61,091 nt of DNA from positions 1 to 61,091 of the IMG/VR virus record IMGVR_UViG_3300015360_000046; one strand, given 5' to 3'. The position numbers were made by a program, and so were the translations under genes. Every line of letters starts with the position of its first letter. Position 1 is the first letter of the stretch. Source of the stretch: a virus. Its lineage: Duplodnaviria; Caudoviricetes. The notes under the pieces were generated by a model, which saw nothing but the letters and a program-made list of their open reading frames with translations, did not search any database and was not told the origin of the DNA. Below are positions 10,129-18,839 of this stretch, in pieces.

Positions 10129-10136
10129 ATGAATTT

Positions 10137-10385
10137 ATGAATGAGTTTACTTTACAAAAGGTCAATCCTATTCATCCATGTATCTGTGGGCATTTAATTA
10201 ATGCTCATGGTGAGGAAGATTCTGGCTATAGACTACAGTGGAATGCTGATACTGAAACTGACACGGAGGTTCAACAACAACCTCGTCCGATTTGTTACTC
10301 ATGCGAATATGACTGTTGTTTTATAGAGATGAATAATTTAGAATACGTGGAATGGAAAAGTGATCTATCAAATAAATGTTCATAA
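10137..10385 (+). CDS. Cys/His zinc microprotein family member (NLxYxE tail)
   Basis: CICGHxxxxH...C..C...CCF...NNLEYVEW. Confidence 0.75.
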   Translation: MNEFTLQKVNPIHPCICGHLINAHGEEDSGYRLQWNADTETDTEVQQQPRPICYSCEYDCCFIEMNNLEYVEWKSDLSNKCS

Positions 10386-11811
10386 TGTAAAGAGCCAGAT
10401 CGATCCTAAATTGCCAGAGCATGTGCTCTCGGCGATTCGATCTAAGCTATCAGCTGAAATGCCTGGAGCCTTCTTTGCTCGACAGTGCAACCCATACGCT
10501 GGTACAAAGTATTTCTTTACTCCGAAGACTCAGGTGTTTCCTACCGGAATGATTCATTATGTTCGAGACATCATGGACAAGTTTAATGTTGAATGGGAGA
10601 TCATAGATCATCGTCCTGAGGTTACATTAGGTACACCATTACCCCTCCATGGTATTACACTCCGTGATTATCAGAATGAAGCTGTAGATTTAGCCATTCA
10701 GAAACAACGCGGTATCCTGAGAGCTGGAACTGGCGCTGGAAAGTCCTCAATGCTTTCAGCTATCATTGCTCGAACTAACGTTAAGACATTAATCTTGATC
10801 CACAAGCAAGATATCTTTTATCAGCTAATCAATACATTCGAACGCATCCTTAAAATACCCATCGGTAGGCTTGGGGATGGAGAATGTCAATTTGAGCATG
10901 TGACAGTGGCCATGATTCAAACCGTAGCACATGTATTTGATCCTAAAGTAAAGGTATTAGCCAAGGAGAATAAGATCCTAGCCGAAAAGGCTGATGTTAT
11001 TAAACAATTCCTTAACAGAGTTCAGTGTGTGCTTATTGACGAGGCGCACCATATCGCAGCTGATACATTTTGGGCTGTTATGCAGAACATGCCTAACGCA
11101 ACCTATCGTATTGGTGTTACCGCCACAGCATTCCGTGAAGATGGCATGGATATTATGCTTGAGGGTGCATTGGCTCAGAAGTTTATTGATATCTCATCTT
11201 CAGATTTGATAGATCGAGGATATTTAGTTCCGCCTACAATTTATTTATATCCATTTCAACATCAGCGTCGCAAAAAGGATGACACATATGGCTTGGTCTA
11301 CAGTGAAGAGATCGTTGGACACCATGATAGGAACCATCTTATTTGTCAGCTTGCTATTAAAGCTAAAGCTGCAGGGAAAGCGGTTTTAATTGCAGTGACA
11401 CAGATTGAGCACGGGGAAATCCTCGAAACCATGCTTCAGGCTACTGATAAATCTGCTATCTTCGTAAATGGTCAATCCAAGTCAGAGGTACGAAAACAAA
11501 TTTTAGAAGACCTTGGGAAGGGCGTAATTAAGATCGTTGTGGCAACCAACATCTATTCTGAAGGTGTAGACATGCCAGCTTTGTCGGTTCTGATCAATGC
11601 AGCCGGTGCAGCTTCTGGAATACACTCTCTGCAGCTTCTAGGGCGCATTCTACGCACTTTTCCAGGTAAAACCAAGGCATGGGTCGTTGACCTGCAGGAT
11701 AATGGCAAATTCCTAAATAATCATTCTAGAGAACGGGTTAACATCTATCAAACTGAGCCTAAATATCAGCTTGTTCCAGTGGCCACCGTGAATGATGTTA
11801 AGTTTTGTTAA
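10360..11811 (+). CDS. Superfamily 2 DEAH helicase (UvsW/ResIII-like)
   Basis: LRDYQ, GTGAGKS, DEAHH, TAT, EGVD.P, Q..GRILR. Confidence 0.92.
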   Translation: MIYQINVHNVKSQIDPKLPEHVLSAIRSKLSAEMPGAFFARQCNPYAGTKYFFTPKTQVFPTGMIHYVRDIMDKFNVEWEIIDHRPEVTLGTPLPLHGITLRDYQNEAVDLAIQKQRGILRAGTGAGKSSMLSAIIARTNVKTLILIHKQDIFYQLINTFERILKIPIGRLGDGECQFEHVTVAMIQTVAHVFDPKVKVLAKENKILAEKADVIKQFLNRVQCVLIDEAHHIAADTFWAVMQNMPNATYRIGVTATAFREDGMDIMLEGALAQKFIDISSSDLIDRGYLVPPTIYLYPFQHQRRKKDDTYGLVYSEEIVGHHDRNHLICQLAIKAKAAGKAVLIAVTQIEHGEILETMLQATDKSAIFVNGQSKSEVRKQILEDLGKGVIKIVVATNIYSEGVDMPALSVLINAAGAASGIHSLQLLGRILRTFPGKTKAWVVDLQDNGKFLNNHSRERVNIYQTEPKYQLVPVATVNDVKFC

Positions 11812-11824
11812 TTAGCCCCGGGGG

Positions 11825-11858
11825 TTGACAAGAGCTCAAAAATCTGTTAGAATATAGT
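11825..11858 (+). promoter_or_regulatory. Sigma70-type promoter
   Basis: TTGACA-17 bp-TAGAAT with TGn extension, preceded by GCCCCGGGGG. Confidence 0.8.
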
Positions 11859-12038
11859 ACGAAATCATTTAAAGAGTTGGATATTTGGATTAAAGATAAT
11901 CCTCAGATAGATGCAGCTGGTCGTATTTATTTAATGAGTCGTTATGATGCACTAATAAGTACATTTGGACAAAAGAAAGCTGATTGGATTATGCGTAATT
12001 TAGAAGTGAAATCATGGACTTGTAAAGGAGCAGTTTAA
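11859..12038 (+). CDS. 59-aa hypothetical protein with ACG at the leaderless start position
   Basis: Open frame from ACG 5 nt after the -10 box to TAA overlapping the next ATG (TAATG). Confidence 0.5.
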   Translation, partial: TKSFKELDIWIKDNPQIDAAGRIYLMSRYDALISTFGQKKADWIMRNLEVKSWTCKGAV

Positions 12039-12310
12039 TGAGTAATAAATGTTTCCAATGTCTTCGTGATGGTCATACGTTTAAGAATTGCTCAGATTCT
12101 TCCTGTATGTGTGCATGTGTTCAGGAATTGCGATCATTTCCTAAGAATGAGCACCCAGATAAAGTATCGTTACATTTTCTCAATATTAAAAATGAAGAGG
12201 TTGCCGGTTTGCCTTATCCGTACAAGCAGATCAGTAGATTCATGAAGATTCGTGTAAAAGAGCAGATTATTGGACGTGTAGCCCGTCGGACGAAAGAAAT
12301 CATCGCGTAA
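12038..12310 (+). CDS. Cys-rich hypothetical protein, paralogue of 5201-5503
   Basis: Shared CFxC/SCxCACV/P.NE/ISRF motifs; SD AAGGAG. Confidence 0.7.
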   Translation: MSNKCFQCLRDGHTFKNCSDSSCMCACVQELRSFPKNEHPDKVSLHFLNIKNEEVAGLPYPYKQISRFMKIRVKEQIIGRVARRTKEIIA

Positions 12311-12322
12311 TTCGGAGGCTTA

Positions 12323-13234
12323 ATGTTTATAATTGTTGACGGGGCTGATAAGACGGGGAAATCGACGTTATGTAGCGCTATTGTTGAAGAGTTTGGTTCT
12401 AAATATTTTCATTTTGGTAAACCTAAAAAGTATCCTGCAACAGAGTATGCAGAGTATGCTTTGTCAATGAATGAGAACATGGTGTTAGATAGATTCTATC
12501 TCGGCGAGCTTGTGTATGGCCCGTTGTTTCGTGGCAAGGCTGGACTTACACCTCTTGAGTTTGCTACCATTGAACGCATCTTGCGTCTGAAACAAGCCAT
12601 TTTTGTTCAAACAACAACCAATGCAACACTCGCCAACAAGCGCCTGTTGGCTAGCGTACAAGACGAGATGGTTAATAAAGAACAGAATGTTAAGGCTGTT
12701 CAAGCATTTAAGGGTTTGTTTGGAAAATCAAAAGTGTCCCATATCATTCAGTATGATGGCTCTACTCGTGAGAATCTTGCTGTGGTTTTAAGTCAGCTTG
12801 AATCTCTGCAAAACGGCGTTGAACGGAATCAAGCTGAGATTAAGAACGTGTGCACTGGGATCGGCACGCCCGTTGGCCAGAAGATCGTTTTCGTGGGCGA
12901 AGCTGTCAACCATAATGTTACATGGATGAATCTTCCGTTTGACAAGGGCTTTTCTTCTCAATTCTTGCTCGATTCCTTTCAAGCAGCACGAGTGCCTGAG
13001 GAACAGATCTATCTCTGTAATGCAGATAAAATTACTTCTAAAGAAGTTGAATTCTTATCACGTGAGAAAACGACATTCGTCTCACTTGGCAAGAAGGCAG
13101 ATGAAAAGCTTAACTTCTTAGATGTTCCACATTATGCTTTGGCTCATCCGCAATATGTTAAGCGGTTCTTGTGGAATAAAAAAGATGAATATGTTACTGA
13201 GTTGAAACTGATTGTTAAGGAGGCGTCAAAATGA
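12323..13234 (+). CDS. dNMP (thymidylate-type) kinase fused to a C-terminal UDG-fold-like domain
   Basis: DGADKTGKST P-loop, LDRF..ELVYG; C-terminal KIVFVGEA..N..PF, LG..A, HP pattern. Confidence 0.75.
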   Translation: MFIIVDGADKTGKSTLCSAIVEEFGSKYFHFGKPKKYPATEYAEYALSMNENMVLDRFYLGELVYGPLFRGKAGLTPLEFATIERILRLKQAIFVQTTTNATLANKRLLASVQDEMVNKEQNVKAVQAFKGLFGKSKVSHIIQYDGSTRENLAVVLSQLESLQNGVERNQAEIKNVCTGIGTPVGQKIVFVGEAVNHNVTWMNLPFDKGFSSQFLLDSFQAARVPEEQIYLCNADKITSKEVEFLSREKTTFVSLGKKADEKLNFLDVPHYALAHPQYVKRFLWNKKDEYVTELKLIVKEASK

Positions 13235-13998
13235 ACCCTCTTTATTATACCTTAGACAGAACGTATAGCGATATATCTAGCGCTTACCTCGGAACGTTAG
13301 AGGATGTGTATCTGAATCCAGATTATCGAACAGCTCCACGTGGTTTGCCTATCCAGGAAAAGATCGATTATATGTTTCATATTACTAACCCAACTAGTGA
13401 TCCAATTGTTACAAAGGATCTTGAGCGCAATGTGATTATCGCTGATTATACAGCCAAAGAGGTTGCTCTATATGATTCAGGAACTAATCGAGTAGAAGAC
13501 TTTGAAAAGGCCAGCAAATTCTGGCGCCAGATCGCGAATGCAGATGGTACAATCAACTCAGCTTACGGATTCCTAATTTGGTGTAATAAATCCCTTGGAA
13601 ATGGAACGATGACACCTTGGGATTGGGCGAAGCAGTCTTTGATCTCGGATAAAGATACTCGTCAAGCAATTCTACGTTTTTCCCTGCCTGAGCATTCAGT
13701 ATTTGGTGTAAAGGATTTTCCGTGCACTCTGTTTGGAAATTTCCTTATTAGGGAAAACAAATTGCACCTCACGATTGTCATGCGCAGCAATGATCTTTGG
13801 TTAGGGTTAACATACGATTTACCATGGTTCGTTGGGTTAATTGATCAAATGGTTGACGAGCTTAAGGTAACGTATCCAGATCTTCAAAAAGGATCTTATA
13901 CACATGTAGCGCATTCTGCACATATTTATGATCGCGATGTGACAAAGATTGAGAAGGCGTTAGGTTATTTTGTACTGGGAGATTCACATGGACGATAG
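13231..13998 (+). CDS. Thymidylate-synthase-family enzyme, probably dCMP (hydroxy)methylase type
   Basis: D.DTRQA, DFPCT catalytic Cys, RSNDLWLGLTYD (Asp where dUMP enzymes have Asn), SAHIY. Confidence 0.8.
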   Translation: MNPLYYTLDRTYSDISSAYLGTLEDVYLNPDYRTAPRGLPIQEKIDYMFHITNPTSDPIVTKDLERNVIIADYTAKEVALYDSGTNRVEDFEKASKFWRQIANADGTINSAYGFLIWCNKSLGNGTMTPWDWAKQSLISDKDTRQAILRFSLPEHSVFGVKDFPCTLFGNFLIRENKLHLTIVMRSNDLWLGLTYDLPWFVGLIDQMVDELKVTYPDLQKGSYTHVAHSAHIYDRDVTKIEKALGYFVLGDSHGR

Positions 13999-14377
13999 AC
14001 TTGCTGAGATCGTAGCAAAACAACGAGAAATTGTGGATAAATGGATGGATCTTAAGACGATGACAGTAGAACAGAAAGAAGCCAAATTAGCAGAGTTTAT
14101 GCTTGCCATAATTGCAGAAGTTGGCGAAGTACTGAATGGGGAGAAAGGTGGAGAGGATACAGACTCTAAAAGCAAAGGGATTGGAAGTATAAGATGGAAA
14201 AGTTGGAAAAAAACTCAAACTCCGCCCGATTTTGACTATGTATCAACTGAGCTTATTGACATTTTTCACTTTGTGCTAGAATGTCTTATTATTACAGGAA
14301 ATGATGCAGATACTATTTTTGCTCGATACATGGGAAAAAATAAAATCAACCAAGATAGATATAAATCTGGTTATTAA
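13988..14377 (+). CDS. Dimeric all-alpha dUTPase/dCTPase
   Basis: E..E, WK.WKK, EL.DIFHF, Y..KN.IN..R motifs. Confidence 0.85.
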   Translation: MDDRLAEIVAKQREIVDKWMDLKTMTVEQKEAKLAEFMLAIIAEVGEVLNGEKGGEDTDSKSKGIGSIRWKSWKKTQTPPDFDYVSTELIDIFHFVLECLIITGNDADTIFARYMGKNKINQDRYKSGY

Positions 14378-14389
14378 CAAGGCACTATA

Positions 14390-15067
14390 ATGACCCAAAA
14401 AATAAAAATTTGTGCAATTAGTGATACTCATAACCAACATTCTGGCGTGGAGATTCCAGAATGCGATATTTTGGTACACGCGGGTGATTTTTCCTACAGT
14501 GGGCATGCACTTGACATCGTAGCACTTGATAATTGGTTTGGAAAACTTAAGGCAAGTGGGACTGTTAAAAAGATCGTAGTTATAGCTGGAAATCATGATT
14601 GGCTTTGTGAGACTAACCCAAGCCTTGCAGCTTCCTTATTCAAGAACAGTATCTATTTAAACGAGCAACCAGCGAAGGTTATGGGGTTGAAGTTTTTCGG
14701 CTCGCCAATTCAGCCGGTGTTTTGTAATTGGGCATTCAATAGAAAACGCGGTGCTGAGATTGCTCGGCATTGGGCTAAGATTCCTGATGATACACAGGTT
14801 TTGATCACTCATGGTCCGCCGTTTGATATCCTTGATAAGGTTTGGAGCCAGCCATACAATTCTGTCACCGGACCTGATCCGTTGGGGTGCCATGATTTAC
14901 GCATGAGAATTGACCAATTAGAGCACTTAAAATTGCACATTTTTGGTCATATTCATGACTCAAATGGCATTTATATCGACCAGTCGACAGGAAAGAAGTT
15001 CGTAAATGCTGCCATTTGCAGCGAAGAATATAAGCCGATTCAGAAGGTGCATGTACTCGAAATTTAA
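14390..15067 (+). CDS. Calcineurin-like metallophosphoesterase (MPPED-like)
   Basis: SDTH, HAGD, GNHD, THGPP, FGHIH. Confidence 0.9.
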   Translation: MTQKIKICAISDTHNQHSGVEIPECDILVHAGDFSYSGHALDIVALDNWFGKLKASGTVKKIVVIAGNHDWLCETNPSLAASLFKNSIYLNEQPAKVMGLKFFGSPIQPVFCNWAFNRKRGAEIARHWAKIPDDTQVLITHGPPFDILDKVWSQPYNSVTGPDPLGCHDLRMRIDQLEHLKLHIFGHIHDSNGIYIDQSTGKKFVNAAICSEEYKPIQKVHVLEI

Positions 15068-15070
15068 ATA

Positions 15071-15120
15071 GGGCCTTTCGACCTATATACATTCTTATCT
15101 ACTTCTGGTATAATAAATAT
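15071..15120 (+). promoter_or_regulatory. Dyad-promoter cassette copy 3
   Basis: GGGCC-TTTC-GACCT, TATACA-TTCTTATCTACTTCTGG-TATAAT, ATG at 15121. Confidence 0.85.
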
Positions 15121-15318
15121 ATGATCTACATAAACGATAATCGATGTGAATGCAGTCACAGGAAATCTGAGCATATTCTCATTAAAGGGGTTTCTGGTCC
15201 TTGTTCCTTAAATCAAAAAGCCTGCGATTGTTGGGCTTACAAATATCACTACCAATTGCACGATAATCAGATTGCTATTGAAATCGTACACAATAATAAT
15301 GGGGGCTACTTTATATGA
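15121..15318 (+). CDS. Cys/His zinc microprotein family member (no NL tail)
   Basis: CECSHxxxxH...C...CDC..Y. Confidence 0.7.
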   Translation: MIYINDNRCECSHRKSEHILIKGVSGPCSLNQKACDCWAYKYHYQLHDNQIAIEIVHNNNGGYFI

Positions 15319-15560
15319 ACAAATTTCTTCGCAATTTGAATGGCGTAAAAAACCCAGTTAGTGACACAATGCATACCGATATTATTGCTTGCGTTGAAAA
15401 ACGTTTAGGTTCGGTTCTTATTACTGAGAAAGTGCAACTGAGACAGAATCTATCTCATAATGGCATGGTTTTCCTTGATGACGTTACAGACCAAAATGTT
15501 TATGCTGCAGCATTTAAAGATGCTGTTACTATTCTTAAAATCAGCAAGCTAACAGCTTAA
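15315..15560 (+). CDS. Hypothetical protein
   Basis: ATGA overlap with the previous gene. Confidence 0.55.
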   Translation: MNKFLRNLNGVKNPVSDTMHTDIIACVEKRLGSVLITEKVQLRQNLSHNGMVFLDDVTDQNVYAAAFKDAVTILKISKLTA

Positions 15561-15562
15561 TT

Positions 15563-15883
15563 ATGAAAAAATTAATGCTCCTATCAATGGTATTTGGATT
15601 GATCACACCATGTACGGCTGAATCGTATCAAGACTTGCTCAGTGAGATGAATAGAGATACAGCCACACATTTACGAGCAAAAATTCTTAAATTGCCCAAA
15701 AAGTCTACTGTTGAAGTTACATTAAAGAGCGGGAAGGTAATTCGTGGAACGCTTAAGAACTTTGTGAAATATGATGACGGATTTTGGATTATGCCATTGG
15801 ATAAGAGTGGTTGGTTTGCTGATGAAGCGTATGATCTTTACGAATTACTTGATGTTAGACTCATTGTTTTAAGGCCTGTGTGA
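15563..15883 (+). CDS. Secreted protein with Sm/Hfq-like beta pattern
   Basis: Signal peptide; V.VTLKSG..I.G.L pattern. Confidence 0.5.
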   Translation: MKKLMLLSMVFGLITPCTAESYQDLLSEMNRDTATHLRAKILKLPKKSTVEVTLKSGKVIRGTLKNFVKYDDGFWIMPLDKSGWFADEAYDLYELLDVRLIVLRPV

Positions 15884-16024
15884 AAGATATACTCCTGACT
15901 CTCATAATTGGGATTAGTATAATAGTTGTAGCAGGTGGTTTGATGTATGTGGAAGTTGATAGAGTTATGACATTTGTAACTCATCTAAATTATATTTATA
16001 TGATAGACAGTTGGCTTCAATAAG

Positions 16025-16246
16025 ATGACGCAACAAGGTGCTCAGTTTCTGTTAAATAGTGTTATTGCTGGAATTAAGCCATTGCCTGTTAGATTTAGGT
16101 TTATTCAAAAAGGTGTTGAACACCTTCCTGATATTGCAATGTATGATCTTAAGGAAGCGGTTGGGAAATACCCGATCGACACTACATTGGGTGTACCACA
16201 TTTGGAAAATCTTGGATATGTGTTTCCTGAGGGTGCTCCAAAATAA
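16025..16246 (+). CDS. Hypothetical protein
   Basis: ORF in gene-dense + strand run. Confidence 0.5.
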   Translation: MTQQGAQFLLNSVIAGIKPLPVRFRFIQKGVEHLPDIAMYDLKEAVGKYPIDTTLGVPHLENLGYVFPEGAPK

Positions 16247-16272
16247 TATTGGTTTAACTGGAGAAAATGATA

Positions 16273-16668
16273 ATGGGCTGCGATATACATATGGCTATCG
16301 AAGTATTTGGAAATTTGGACCATATCAAGCAGTGGGAGGTATTTGCACTCGATATCCCCACTGCTCGTGACTATACTATGTTTGGAGCAATGGCAGGTGT
16401 TCGTGATCATACAGTGACTCCTGTTGTATCTCCACGTGGCATGCCTACTGATTCAGCGCGAGCCACTAAGTATTGGGTAGAACGTGGGGCAGGGCATACT
16501 CAATCATGGTTTTATCATGACGAATTTGCAGAAGCGATGCGACTAGTTAGAGAAGCAGATAACATAAGTGTGTGTAAGGTATTTTTAGCTGTTAATAGTA
16601 CATTGAAAGCACTTGCAAAAGTTTATGGGGAGACAAATGTCAGACTTGTTTTCTTTTTTGACAGTTAA
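16273..16668 (+). CDS. Conserved phage hypothetical protein (MGCDIH...R.VF.FD type)
   Basis: MGCDIH, R.Y..FG.MAGVR, PRG.P.D, RLVFFFDS. Confidence 0.7.
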   Translation: MGCDIHMAIEVFGNLDHIKQWEVFALDIPTARDYTMFGAMAGVRDHTVTPVVSPRGMPTDSARATKYWVERGAGHTQSWFYHDEFAEAMRLVREADNISVCKVFLAVNSTLKALAKVYGETNVRLVFFFDS

Positions 16669-16676
16669 ACACGAAT

Positions 16677-16895
16677 ATGAATATGAATAAGCGTGCCTTT
16701 GAGCGTGGGACACTTTGTGAATGCACTCACAAACGTGTGCAGCATAGATTATTAAGTACTACTGTCGAGCAAGCTGACTGGGAAGCACTTGATGAGAATG
16801 TAGTTATTTGTGTTTGTGATTGTCAGCAATTTGGACTTATAACAAATTTAAAATACTTAGAGTTATTAGAAAAGGAAAAATCAGACTTACAATAA
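16677..16895 (+). CDS. Cys/His zinc microprotein family member (NLxYxE tail)
   Basis: CECTHxxxxH...CVCDC..F...TNLKYLE. Confidence 0.75.
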   Translation: MNMNKRAFERGTLCECTHKRVQHRLLSTTVEQADWEALDENVVICVCDCQQFGLITNLKYLELLEKEKSDLQ

Positions 16896-16903
16896 ACCAA
16901 ATA

Positions 16904-18094
16904 ATGAGAATACTTTATATCTTGTTTGCATTAACATATTTCACACAGGGTGTTGGATCCCTTGCGTCCCAACCACTTTACTATTACTTGCGTGAAACAC
17001 TTGGTATTTCTGTTGCTACAATTATGTGGCTTGGGAGCATTACCAGTTTACCGTGGTTGATTAAGCCTTTATATGGATTCTTAAGTGACTCATTTACTTT
17101 ATTTGGATACAGGCGTAAGTCATATATTATCTTAAGCGCTATTTTAAGTAGTGCAGCAATGCTTGCTTTGGGCCTGTCACCATTTTGGTCAATTCCAGTG
17201 CTTGTAACTCTGTTGATCCTTGATTCAATGGGCGGAGCGATTAAGGACGTTGCTATTGACGGGGTGATGGTTGAGGAAGGCAAACGATTAGGTAATACAG
17301 GAACCTTTCAAAGTGTTCAATGGGGCGCGTTGTACGTTGCTCAAATTTTAACTGGTATTGGTGGCGGATATCTTGCAGAACATTATGATTACAAGATTAG
17401 CTATCTTATTATTGCAGCGTTTCCAATTCTGATCGGATATTTTGCATTAATATATACTGAACCAAAAGTTGAAAGCGTACGTCCAAAAATAGAGGTCAAG
17501 AAATGGCTTGCAGCGCTATCTCGAAAAGATTTTCTCCTATCAGGAGCTTTCTTATTTTTCTTATGGTTTAGTCCATCCTTTGGAACACCACTCATGGACA
17601 TTATGCGAACACAATTGCATATGAGCAAGATTTGGATTGGATGGCTTGGAACGATTGGAGCAGTTTGTAGTTTGCTTGGGTCTGTTGTTTATTTTCGATA
17701 CGCGAAAGAGCTTAATCTTAAAAAATGGCTTATTTGGAGCACTATAATAACTACGATAACTACTATAGCATATCTCTATGTAGATAAGAATGTCTTGTTA
17801 GTTTATACAATCATAGGTGGAATAAGTAGTGCCTTTATTCATCTATTGCTGCTTGATTTCATGGCTAGGACATGTCCTGAAGGCACAGAGGCGACCACCT
17901 TTGCACTTCTTTGTAGTTTGGTGAACTTTGCTACCTTTTGCAGCAATGGGTCTGGGGCTTTCCTGTTTGACAAAATTGGATATCATGGGCTAGTTATTGT
18001 CTCAAGTGTTACTACATTGCTCTGTTTAGGTTTCATCCCTTGGCTTAAATTGACACCTGAAAAGGGTTTACAAACAGTTAAAAACCTGGTATAA
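16904..18094 (+). CDS. Folate-biopterin transporter (BT1/FBT family, MFS)
   Basis: About 12 TM helices; YF.QG, LPW.IKPLYGFLSD....GYRR..Y, DV..DG.MVE, CP.G.E.T.FALL signatures. Confidence 0.85.
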   Translation: MRILYILFALTYFTQGVGSLASQPLYYYLRETLGISVATIMWLGSITSLPWLIKPLYGFLSDSFTLFGYRRKSYIILSAILSSAAMLALGLSPFWSIPVLVTLLILDSMGGAIKDVAIDGVMVEEGKRLGNTGTFQSVQWGALYVAQILTGIGGGYLAEHYDYKISYLIIAAFPILIGYFALIYTEPKVESVRPKIEVKKWLAALSRKDFLLSGAFLFFLWFSPSFGTPLMDIMRTQLHMSKIWIGWLGTIGAVCSLLGSVVYFRYAKELNLKKWLIWSTIITTITTIAYLYVDKNVLLVYTIIGGISSAFIHLLLLDFMARTCPEGTEATTFALLCSLVNFATFCSNGSGAFLFDKIGYHGLVIVSSVTTLLCLGFIPWLKLTPEKGLQTVKNLV

Positions 18095-18101
18095 TATAGA
18101 T
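18067..18101 (+). promoter_or_regulatory. Sigma70-type promoter, leaderless, overlapping the transporter 3' end
   Basis: TTTACA-17 bp-TATAAT (TGG extension), ATG at 18102. Confidence 0.8.
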
Positions 18102-18839
18102 ATGATTAAACTCAATGGACGTATAGTTACACCCACTATTTTTCCTGATAAAACTTCCCAAATTTGGAAGTTACAAGATGAATTGTTTATTGGTGGACCG
18201 CAACGTATTACATGGGAGTTTGAGAATGAGGCAGAATTGCTTCACGTTGCGCAGTTGAAAGACTTAATTGACGCAACTTGGGAGTTCCCAATTACTATTT
18301 TAGACATGCCGTATCTACCATATGCTCGCCAAGATAAAGAAATTTCAAATACAACCGCATTTGCGTTGTATTCTTTTGCTAAGTTGCTTAATGCTTTAGA
18401 GTTCGATATTGTGGAAGTGTACGATCCACATAATTTGCGTATTTCAACTGAGTTAATTAATAATCTAAAAGCTATTGCCCCAGATCCTGATAGCTTGGCC
18501 AAACTATTAGCTTCTGAGATAATTTACCCAGATTTCGGCGCAGCAGTTCGTTATAAAACATCCTTTAACAGCATTATTTGTAATAAGAATCGTGATCCTT
18601 TAACTGGTGAAATTGCCAGGCTAAATATTACCGGACAGATTGAATCTAAATCGTATCTTATTGTAGATGATTTATGTGATGGAGGACGAACGTTCATCGA
18701 GGTAGCGAAGAAGCTTTATGAAGCAGGAGCTACAGAAGTCCATTTGTATGTGTCTCATGGAATTTTCTCAAAAGGGTTGCAAGTCTTGCGCGATGTTGGG
18801 ATAAAGAGGATATTTACTTATAAAGGCGAAGTGCTATGA
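18102..18839 (+). CDS. PRPP-synthetase-like protein (probable Adps of NARP1)
   Basis: PYLPYARQD, DPH, PD.GA, K.RD..TG, IVDDLCDGGRTF, HGIFSKG. Confidence 0.85.
   Translation: MIKLNGRIVTPTIFPDKTSQIWKLQDELFIGGPQRITWEFENEAELLHVAQLKDLIDATWEFPITILDMPYLPYARQDKEISNTTAFALYSFAKLLNALEFDIVEVYDPHNLRISTELINNLKAIAPDPDSLAKLLASEIIYPDFGAAVRYKTSFNSIICNKNRDPLTGEIARLNITGQIESKSYLIVDDLCDGGRTFIEVAKKLYEAGATEVHLYVSHGIFSKGLQVLRDVGIKRIFTYKGEVL

Noticed and set aside
13231-13998. Plain thyA or dUMP hydroxymethylase annotation
   Set aside because: The specificity residue is Asp rather than Asn, so the symbol was withheld
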